A DNA stretch of 64,000 nucleotides from Eledone cirrhosa (Eukaryota), in the NCBI GenBank assembly GCA_964016885.1, contig OZ024740.1, positions 333,188,001-333,252,000 on the forward strand, read 5' to 3'. Shown here piece by piece: positions 52,201 through 64,000 of the stretch. The number at the start of each line of letters is the position of its first letter. The first letter of the stretch is position 1. Below the pieces are notes generated by a model, which worked only from the letters and a program-made list of their open reading frames with translations, ran no database searches and was not told the DNA's origin. The translations under genes were made by a program, and so were the position numbers.

Positions 52201-55080
52201 CTTTCTTAGTTACACTTGATGGTTTGCATCTCTTCCGTTATAATTAATGTTCGAACCACCATCAGATACGAATTTAAATTCTTAAATAATTTTCCAATTA
52301 ACCAACATTAACATTAAGAATATTTTCTAATGCAACAACACATCAGTTCAAGTAAATATTTATCAAGCTAAATGTGTTTTCTTATTTACATTTTATATTA
52401 ACTCTGATATAAAAAGGGGGTCAGCCAACAGATTCCAACGAGTAAAACTTCAAGTAGATTCAGACTTAATCCATCTCACGATTAATCACCACCGCCATGT
52501 CGGTGGATCCCATTATTAAATTCTACTCCGATGCAGGGAAACATAATATGCCACCCATTTTGGGAATATCATCCCACATTTCTGCCTCTTTTACACCCAA
52601 CTGTCTCGGAGGCCATGAAATGGGATAGCAGCATTGATATACCCTCCGTGCACAAGAAAATCATGTATATATACTGCAACATTGACTTCCATTCTACTTA
52701 ATTTATTTGCCACTCTCTGTACTAGAGCATTTGTTCCCATCAATTGTCGAATTAATAGTCGAGCATCTGCAAAATTAGTGGTCTTCCCGTCATCGAGCTC
52801 AACGTATTCAACTGACGATCGTCGCATGAGCTACTGCTTACGATAATACAAGCACGATTTTTATCGTGACTTTTTCAAAAATCCCGACCGCGTCTGCTAG
52901 ATTATTCAATGGTAGCTATCTCAGAGTCTCCTCGTGAAGGCCGGTCTTAGAGCTGAGACAGAGGCTAGGTACTCAGCTTGAAAGAAAATATATTGTCCGT
53001 CATCATTTCGCTGTTAAATAGACACAGGAAAACACGTGGACGCCACAAAAGATCATTCAATGCCAACCACTTAAATCTGCAACAGGTTTTCACGCTTTTA
53101 ATGATTTAGTCCTTTAAAATCTAAAATAATTTTTTCAAATTTATATCATCATTTTGTTTATTAAACTTTCATTTCATTTTAAATGATTCTAAAGAAAAGG
53201 AAATATAGCAGACACTTTTAGGCGTTATCAATGCTGTAAGATACATCATACTTAAGTGCTTTAACTGCTGCCTGTTACTCAGTAGTTTTCCGACATATAT
53301 TCTTCTTTGAATATATATTCGGTAAATTCCAAATTTTATAATGTGTAATGATAGTTAGATATTTAGTGTTATGGTCTATAGAGTCTCTGGCGTTACGGTC
53401 TGTTATGTTTCAATCAAATACTATAAAACTATATATTATATCTGATAATGTATATGTGCTACTGATATTTTGTTCTCGAATTAGAAGTCATATATATATA
53501 TATATTTTACTGTTGCAAAATATTAATTTCTCCTTTGTATTAGTAGAATTTTCACCCACACACAAACTAGTTTTCCTTCTATGCCAAATTATTTATAGAA
53601 AGTAGTATTGTCAGGCGTATTATCTCTATTGTTTTCCAAATCATCTGTCCGGCTTGCCAGACTACTTCATTGTATAGAGATTTTCCAGGCCAAGGAGCAT
53701 TTGAATGTCGCTGCTGAAACGCTTGGTTATACTTTGTATTTTTCAGTTAGTGATTGATTATAGGTCATTCACGAATAGTGGTTTGATGGGACGGTTACTA
53801 TTAACCAACTTGTTACTATTAACCAAAAAGTGTGTTTTTTATGAGTCAACTTAAGCAAAACCATCGTAAACAAAACATATTGCCAGGAGAGACATCGTCG
53901 TTGAATTTCTTGTCCAGCATTATTCGTATTTGAACCCCTACTCTGATTACTTGTTTTTCAGGCATCACTGCATTTACTATGAATTAGTGTATTGTATTTG
54001 CTTGTGTCTGCAGCAAGGAGCATTTGTCTCTTCCTAAGACAGTATCGTATTTATGCATTAGTCAGAGACGCTTTCTAACGCCCGAATGTATTTACTCGAT
54101 AACAGCCTATGTGCAACGCCTGGATATATCGCCTTAACTACAACATTTATTTTATAGTTTATCTTCAAATGAATAAGGAGTTCATCAGTGATCACTAACT
54201 TCCGTACTGCTATGTGGGGGTGATTGCTCTGGCTGTAGAGTTGATGTTATTGCAGGATACATGGTGGGTGAATTTGCGCTTCCATTCTCCCCTATTAAAA
54301 AGGTATCTTGCAATTGATAATGACTCAGTTTTCATTGGTACTTTCTGAGATATATGCAATATCTCTCCCGCAAGCATTTCCGTAAACGTATCGGAGATGT
54401 AAGGAAAGAATTGTTGTTAGTAACAAAATCCTGGTTGTAGGGCTCGAGTTGATTTGCTGATACCGCCTCGGCAAATGCTTACAAATGTTGAGGGAAACCA
54501 CCCCTCGGAGAATGGAAGAGTTTTGCAGGCACCATATCCGCCATAATCCTATAGTATAACTGCTCTGCGTATATCAAATATCCCACCATCTATTCCTTAT
54601 TGTACAACGTTATTTACTTAAGTGTTGCAATAGCATTTTGTTTATTTTTCATTCTAATTTGGAATATTCTTTAAAAGTATTATAACATTACAGAGACTTA
54701 TATATGTTAACAAGTTTCCTATGCTGATTGGTTAGGGATCATTATGTGTGAAGTAGTGCGAATGGAAAAAAATGTGAAACACATCAGATGGAATTTGCAT
54801 GAAATAATTTGGGAGAAACATACTGCAATGTTCATTCACCAAGGGAATATTCAAACACTGAAATTTATTTCAATGTGAGCGATATTCCGTTGATCAAACG
54901 ACTGAACTTTCGTCTTTGTATGTGGCAGACGTCCGTTGAAAGAGGTGTAGAAAGCAAAAATGGGAGAAAATAATTGAAATATTCACGGAGGATTTAGAAA
55001 TATTGCAGCATAAATGGGAGGTTATAAAATATGTAAATCACTAATAATACATCTAATACAAAACTAAGATGTAATAATTC

Positions 55081-55252
55081 TTTCTACTTTTGGCACAAGG
55101 TCAGCAATAACCCAGTACATTACTGGGACTTTATTCTATCGATCCCGTAAGGATGACAGGCAAAGTTGTCTCGGCGGGATTTGAACTCATAATGGAAAGG
55201 GCCGTAATTCAAATGATGACGTCCGACCCTCTACCGATACTGCCAATCCACC
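55081..55252 (-). mobile_element. tRNA-derived SINE
   Basis: Minus strand has A-box-like TGGCAGTATCGG and B-box GAGTTCAAATCCC; homologous to 26787-26907. Confidence 0.75.
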
Positions 55253-55533
55253 AAATGTAATAATAATGTAATTTTATATATGAGAATTATAAATCCCAAT
55301 TAAAGTAGTCAGGCCTTGAAGCGTTACAGGGTAGAGCAGCATAATTTACACAAGTTGGAAACTGGAATCCTAGAACAGTTGTAATATTTTGTCTTATATT
55401 GTAAATCATATCGGTTCCTGAAAGTTGAAGACAAACATACCTATAGTGCGCATATTATTTCACCAATAGGATTTACATTAAAGTTAAATAAAAAGAGTTG
55501 AAGTCTATCAAATGACACGAACATTTTATTTTA

Positions 55534-55584
<51 letters not shown>

Positions 55585-56929
55585 TTCAGGAATTAGGAAA
55601 TATCATTTTCGATGTATAGGTTAAATGTAATACCGTCGATAAAAGTAGGAAATAAATTGTCGAATAAATAAATATTTCTTATAAATAAGCTAATTTAAAA
55701 AAAAAATGTTAAATTTGTTAGAGTAGATACTAAAATCCGATGGCGTTAATTTAAAAGTGTCTATTTCTCTACTCAACGCCGGATCGACTAATAAAAAATA
55801 TTTTATGTTACGCCCGGAGCGTCATATAATCGATAGTTTAAGAGTCATTTTTCTATAAAACTTTAACTTGGACACTGTAGAATAAATGCAAGATTAAGTA
55901 GAGTGACTGGTAGAACAGAAATATTTTAAAATTACGAGTAAAGTAGCTGGCATTTGTTGTAATGGTAACGCACTTTAGTGGAATTCAGAAGATGCAGTGT
56001 TCGATTATATGGCAATATTAGTCTGTACTTTAAGATATATTACTCGATTATCTAATGCTGGTATCATTTGTAGCAATTCTGTGTTTGGATTTCAGCTATT
56101 CAGTTTTCTAATGTGATCAATGCTTAAATATCCAGCCAGTCTCAGACAATTCTATTTTATTTGGAGGAACCTACCAAGGTTTATCTTCCATCACTACTAA
56201 AATCACTGGTCACAATAGTGCAACAGGTTACTAATCATCCATGTATTAGAGCGCACACTGAATGAAGTAAAATTCCTCCTAGGTGCAGGTGTTACTTTCT
56301 ATTGTCGCTCCTTCCTTAATTAGGCATCCACATGCACTTACTATTTACATTTCACGAGCTTACGCATAGATTTTCGCATAGATTTTAGATTCATTTCTGA
56401 TTGAGCTGAAGAAGCATTTTGGATTTTTTATGTGATTATGTTCATGCTTTAGAACCACTATCTCCCCAGGGCATATATAAATATTTTCATGTATAAGGTT
56501 ACAATTACTTGAAATATTATGATTTGAATTAACATCTAAACTAATGTCAGTGCAGATGGTAGTGGATCTTTATGTTACTTTTGATTTAAGTATTCATGAT
56601 TTCATTTATATTTAAATGTTAAATTGAAATTCTTCTCGTTGTTGTGGTTGATGACTTTCAGTTTTCATTGTGTTGTTGTTGGTTTTCATATTTTATATGA
56701 TAATGGGAATAATACAGTTCATACTTCTTACTTGTAATATTCTCAATTCGCTTAGTCTTACACATGATTTAAATCTTTTCAAACCTTCATTACATACATT
56801 TTATAATTATGACTACAATTGTTAGCGCACACTCTTCTGTCAAAATTGTTACAATTCCTGATGATGTTGTATACAACTGTGGTCGAATTTGACAAGCTCA
56901 GAAAATGTACAGATGGGTTAACTGAACAA

Positions 56930-57085
56930 TTATGAAAACTCAAGGACGTTACAATACCGGCAATTGTAGGAATGATACCAAACGGAACAGTAGTTGAGGA
57001 TGATTCCTAATTTAACCTCTCTGCAAGAGATGAAAAATATTGATTTAACATGTACTCCACACATGTTTAGAAAATCACTGTGGCA
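56930..57085 (+). mobile_element. R4/Dong-like non-LTR retrotransposon C-terminal remnant
   Basis: KLKDVTIPAIVG and SLQEMKNIDLTCTPHMFRKSL resemble the RLE-type terminus (IPVIVGALG...LQEIQKIVL.GTAHILRK). Confidence 0.5.
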
Positions 57086-57358
57086 GTGTGAATGATAACC
57101 CTCAGTGTATATATATATGTGTATGTTTTAATGCGTGTGTGTGTGCGTGAACGCATGTATGTGTGTGTATATATATTTATATATATATGTGTAAATGTAT
57201 GTATCGGTATATATATGTATGCGTGTGTGTGTATGCGAATATATATATATATAGTTTTGCGAGGTTTTTATATGAAATCGTGTGTCGAAACAAATATTGT
57301 GTGTTCTGTTATTAATTCTGGCAATATTACACAAATATGACCCTCCCCAAATATAACA

Positions 57359-57447
<89 letters not shown>

Positions 57448-57460
57448 TAGAGAGATAGAG

Positions 57461-57533
<73 letters not shown>

Positions 57534-57696
57534 GGGAGGAAAGGAGTTAGTGAGTGTGTGTGTATGTGTGTTTAGCTGTAACTATAATTAATACGCTGTG
57601 TTTACGAATCTGGGTCTTACTAATGTATTCAATGAGTTTATTTGGCACAGCTATCAGGAAGACCCTCTGCAAAAGCCAAACGGAAACAATTCTGAA

Positions 57697-57809
<113 letters not shown>

Positions 57810-57912
57810 CTATGAATGCGCAGGACGAAAACAGAGTGTGTACATTTTTTTTTTTTTTACTTGACATTCTGCAAAAACCAAACGGAAACATTTCTGAAGT
57901 ATATATATATAT

Positions 57913-58568
<656 letters not shown>

Positions 58569-59319
58569 GAATGCGCAGGACGAAAACAGAGTGTGTAAAT
58601 TTATCTTTTGTTGACTTGTGGGTTTTGCCTGTCGGGTGGTTGGAGATGATGTACGCGTTTACCACCCTCAGCTGACTATCATCCCAATTCTGGGTGAGAG
58701 CTTTCCCCCCTGTTCTTCACCTCGTACGAGCTTTTGTCTGACTGGAGGTTCCGACCAATCCAAAAACTAAAACCGAGCATTTTAACAAGTCTGTCCCACG
58801 ATCAACCGAGAAGGATGTTGGATGGTATTGATCTGCATCTCCAGGTGCCGATATTACCACGTTAATCTTTGCTCTTGTCACCGCCTCGTAATCCCAGAGA
58901 ACTGTGCCGATTGCCTCGACGTGTTTGGCGCTTTAATCCACTACGGTGCCGTCGTTGGCATCAGCTGACACGGCTCTGTCGCATCCTAGTTCATGTGGGT
59001 TGCCCATCAACGTCTCCAGTTTAGATCCAATGCATTTAAAAGGTAGGAGAGCTGACATCCTTGGTAAACCGAGCGCATGATGTTGAAGGGTACCGAAATG
59101 TTCACTCTTACCACATAGCAGATTTAACCCTTGTGTAAACAGTAATTGCCTCCCATATTCCAGCGGCTATTATTGACCTTTCGCAGCACCCTGCCTCCAT
59201 CGCCGATAACCACGGTCGGTCGTGGAGGTAGGGACTGAAGGCCACTCCGCCACAGTAAAATGTTGCTGAAAGGAGAATAGGGCATAAAGCAGTCTGTATA
59301 CGACTGCCATCGGAGGAAA

Positions 59320-59915
59320 CCTTGGGAGAACAAAAATATAATGTCTCTATATATGTGGAAGCCTTAGAGCTAGATGATAGTGTGCACACAGAAATGAAAG
59401 AAAAGTTTAGATGCATATATTTAAAAAGAATAACAATGATTTAAAAATCCAGCTTGAACGCAAAAAATCGTTTTAGTGAATATTAGTTGCAGTGGTCAGA
59501 TATAGTACATCCATTCTCAGATTAACTGAATAAGAAATATCGAAGTATAGAAAGACGAGACGAGCTTTACACACTAGAAAGCAAATATTAATAGACTATA
59601 AATGAAGATATGTAATGGTGGCCGATCTCTCATCAGTGTGCATCAATTTATAGGTGTGAAAGGAGAACGTTTGCAGAATATTTGGTAAGCACTGGCGAAG
59701 TTTTGTTTTAGTATGCAGCAGGTGATATGGCCAGAAATGATTGGAAAGGAAGAGTTTAATGAACGAGCTGAAGAGAAAAGAAATGACCTGGAAATGAGAA
59801 TGCTTCGTCAATTTAAAAGAAATTTCCTTGGATCTCAAGGATAAAACATCATGGACATGGCATTATGAAGGCGATCTGAAACTTGCCACGGAAAGTCTTA
59901 TATATGCAGCGTAAG
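59320..59915 (+). mobile_element. R4/Dong-like RT C-terminal fragment, degraded
   Basis: YVEALELDDSVHTEMKEKFRCIYLKRITMI*KSSLNAKN and SWTWHYEGDLKLATESLIYAA (cf. W.WL..GDLKKETEGLI.AAQ). Confidence 0.65.
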
Positions 59916-60820
59916 TCTAAGGTCTATGATAATAAAAATAATGAAGTAGTACAAATCTTTGAAAATGACATTAAAATATTATGCAAGTTTACCATGGAAT
60001 ACTTCCAACATTTAGCATATAATATACATGACATATTTAACAAGTAAGTTAAACAAAATTAAGGGCTGCGGTTGCCATGCCATTTGTAATGTAACAAATT
60101 AAATGATACGCAATCACTTCTCATAAATTACCTCAAATGATAGATAGGCATTAATACGTTACAGAAAATGTTTTTACCTGTGTCGCTGAACAGGGTCAGA
60201 TCTTCTAATACAACTTTAGAAACACTAAGACTTCTTGTTAATACACATGTTAAAGTGAATTCCCCTATGCATCTTTCCGTACATAATTCTCAAGAAGATA
60301 GAAAATGTTTCAACTATTTCTCAAAACATGAATAATATAGATGAGAATAATAAATAGTATACTGAAAATTAAAAGAAAAATATTAAATATCCAGACTGTT
60401 CTTGGTTTCTTGCCACACAATATGTCACATAAAGCCATTTATTATGTTGAAGCTATTTTTCTTCTTTAAACATTCCCAGAATAGTTTAGCACTAATCATA
60501 ATCCATCTTCTTTGTTGTATTATAATATATTTCTATCGTCATAATTCTTCAGCCACAATTATCACTAATTACTAACAGAACACTTTCAAAGCATAACACT
60601 CTGCTTCATCAGGCTTTACTGTATTCTGTTCATATATTTATTAGAATTTCTGTATCGTGAAAAAGCTAATACTCTGATACAGAGAAACACACACACATAC
60701 ACACAGATAAATACAAACATACATGCACACATGCGCACACACGCGCACACACTCAAAGAGACACAGACACACCCACAAACATGCATAGATATATATACAA
60801 ATATGAATATATATATATAT

Positions 60821-60910
<90 letters not shown>

Positions 60911-62214
60911 GGGTGAAATTTGAAATATGTATATATATATATATAAATATATCACAGTTGGCAAGCAGATATTCTCTAAAAATTGATACGTTAAGACATT
61001 CGTTTACTTGTCCACTGATAAGGCAGTCAGAATTTCCATACAACATTGGCATCGATCCAAAACTCGCTTTCCTGCTTTAGTTTTATATTTCATTATTGGA
61101 AAGAATGATCCATTTATTTCCTCTTTCCAGTTATTTAAAACAACTATAAATGTATTCCTATTGATTCTGGTATAATAACATAGTGCCCTTGCAAACACGA
61201 TGCATTGGAGCATTTATAAGAGCACACTATTCTCGGAATAATTTCCTCATCATTTATATATAAGAAGAACCCCTGAAATGTCACATATATATTATTTTAA
61301 ATGTTTTGCCAGCCACCGCACAATTCTCTTTCTACCAAATTACTTATTTAATGAAGGAGAAACTCAACTTATTTTATATACTGTCACCTTAATTTTACTA
61401 AACGAAAATGATTTATTTTCTAGTTTACAAGTAAATGAATTCTTCATTGGGTTCATGATGACATACGAGTACACATTAAATATCTTTCAGTCAACGTTGA
61501 TTTTACAGAATATATTAAATATACTACCAGGAAAGAATAATATTTCCCCCCATAAATTTATATATATGTATATATGTATATATATGTATGTATGAAACAT
61601 TTGGAAACCCGACACCTGAGCAACTGCCGTTTCAACAGCTAGTTCCGAGATTTTGAAACAGCAGGAGCTCAGCCATCAGGGTCCCGAATTTTTCATTATT
61701 TTACGATTAACTTATATTCTACGGTAGGGTATTTATGTGTGTCTTTGCAATACCATGTCAGGATAATGTGTATACAAAGAAATTGGAGTTAGGCAGTTGT
61801 GGGTATTGTGTGTGAAGATAATGATACTAAAATATGAAAATGAAATTAAGTATTGTCTAAGTTTTTATAGTCTAGTGGTAAGACTTAGAACTAGGGAATG
61901 TCGTGGCTGGCTTTCGATTCAATTTATTATAACTTTATTTTGTGTAAGTGTTGTGAACTTTTAGTGAACAGTTTTGAACAGGTATTGAAAGAGATAGTTG
62001 TACTAACTTCCAGGAGTGATAAAACAACTTCTAGTCATGTGCCTCAGTCAATTTCATTGTTTCATACGTCTTCATAATACTTAGAGGAATCGCAAACACA
62101 AGGTTCTAAAAACCTTCGCTAAGTACAAACCACTACCTGCCTACGGACAACTGACCCTGTATACCAGGGCCCCAACCTGGAAGAGCCGAACTCCCACTGT
62201 CATCACCTCCATCT

Positions 62215-63000
62215 CTATCGCCCTCCCCAGCTCTCTGTATTATGAGAAAATGGGGTCCCACGTGCTGGCCGCCCCACGGCTCCGGTGGACATAATAGAGA
62301 AGGGGTATCCCCGGAGGATGGTAAGGGAAATGCGCTGGAAAAGCAATTGCATCTCGTGAGGCTCACACCTGCCGCTAGCCATCTCAGTGCCTATGTTGGT
62401 AAGTAGGGAGGTAGCCCTAGGGCCAAGGACACCAGAAGTCTCTACTGCTACGGGCACGACCCCAAACCTGTTGGAGACGACCGATACTTGGAGAGTTTGC
62501 CCTCCTCAGCCCGAAGTGCAGCAGAGCCTGAGATAGTCGCACACTGCACCAGGTTGGAGTCGGATAATGTGTCACTTCAAGTGGCATTCCAGATGTGGGA
62601 TTTGCTACCGCAGAACGGGAAGATGGTAATACCGTCTGGCCTTTTGCCGGCTCCTCGGTCTAGCCCCATGTTGAGGGTGGCCTGGCGTGGAAGGCGGCCG
62701 GCACTGTGGCGACAGAAAAGCGGGTGGAGGCCGAAAGAGTCAGCAGTGGATACACAGCGATATTTGTGTGGCTTGCAGATACAGAGGCCAAAACTCAGGG
62801 AAACCCCCGGGGCGCAGGTTATCGTTGTCCAGCTGCGTCCCAGTGGAGAAGCAGGGTACGGCATGGAGCCAGGCACCGTTGTGGGGTTGTGAAGCCGCGC
62901 GAAAACATGCAAGGCGGTGCTGTTGGAGCTGGCTCAATGGCCTGTCTGTGGCTAGGTTTCACTGAATGGCATTTCAAATATTTTGGGGGGACTTGACGTC
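62215..63000 (-). mobile_element. CRE-like non-LTR retrotransposon 3' fragment (Zn-knuckle + restriction-like endonuclease)
   Basis: ADSFGLHPLFC, GKRPDGITIFPF..HIWNAT and PVAVETSGVLG...LFQRISLTILRG. Confidence 0.75.
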
Positions 63001-64000
63001 AACAGTGGTAGGAAGAAGATGTACGTCTACTGTGCTAAGTCCAAGCTGGTTTCACGTCACGCGGGCGGCCTCACGTTCCTCGATCAAAGTGGGTTCCATA
63101 ATGTTTAAGAGAACCATATTGACGAAGACGTGGCATGAGGTTACTATATGCAAGAGTATTGGTACAATTGAAGATTGAACAAGGTACTACGAATTCAATC
63201 TTTCGACGCTAAATTGTTATTCTGCCATTTCTCTGCTTTTCCTATAAGTGGATTAATGCAAGATGCGTGTAGCTAACATAGTTAAAATCCTAGTCTGCAA
63301 TATGCTCACTTTTCGCTTAACGATTTGAGCCCTATTGATCATAAAATTTCGATTCATATCATAATTTTCTGGCCGTCGATTACTTTTCAGTACCTTAAGC
63401 CTTGATACAAAATTCTGCAATTAGGCAATTACGTTTCATTTTATCATTCACGTTGAAGATATACACAATAAAGTATAATAGATATTGATGTAGGTATGAA
63501 GTTTTGGTGAAAAAACATATGGGAATCTTAAATGATAGAACGGTAAAATTATTGTTTTAGATTGAAGAACAAACGTTATATATCTTAATATACTTATTCA
63601 AAATATCTGGCAGGCTCAATTTTCAATGTAATTATGTAATATCACCACAATTCTGCTGACTAATCTTAAATGTAATTTGTTGTTTAATATGTATGCTTGA
63701 TATTTGCCATTACAGAAATTGAATATGAGATTCCGTATTGTGGTTTGTGAAATGGACACAATATAACTAATTATATTATATATAAGGACCTCGTTATGAA
63801 TTTAATGTGGTTTAATTCCATCACCAAAGGATATTACTATCAACAACACTCATTAATGACTGTTATATTTCACTGATAAGGATTTATAAGACAAGAATAA
63901 TGAAATAATATTATATTGTTAATCCTGAATGGAATGTCCTAGTCACCTAACTGCCTGGTTAGATAAAGCTCTAATTAATCAAAAGATCGCTTGTCTTTCT

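Noticed and set aside
61615-61686. Minus-strand GAAAC-ggca-GTT with ctgagc/gctcag stem
   Set aside because: No correctly placed CUGANGA box.

Overview
AT-rich, microsatellite-dense eukaryotic (animal) genomic DNA. The SINE sequences and (TA)n/(CA)n density suggest a cephalopod such as Octopus, but that is inference. No intact host gene could be supported, and most ORFs in the track are microsatellite artefacts. The window is a mosaic of decayed transposons: several Penelope-like elements (PLEs, RT plus GIY-YIG), a near full-length RTE-type LINE and an RTE 5' fragment, R4/Dong-like and CRE-like fragments, a mariner, a Chapaev3-like DNA transposon, an internally deleted Helitron and tRNA-derived SINEs. 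The strongest unannotated signal is non-coding. About 15-20 type I hammerhead ribozyme (HHR) motifs, intact or degenerate, were read by eye. They sit in PLE pseudo-LTRs, in a ~420-450 bp tandem retrozyme-like unit, and in long fold-back palindromes. Several have palindromic helix III loops or greatly expanded helix II.
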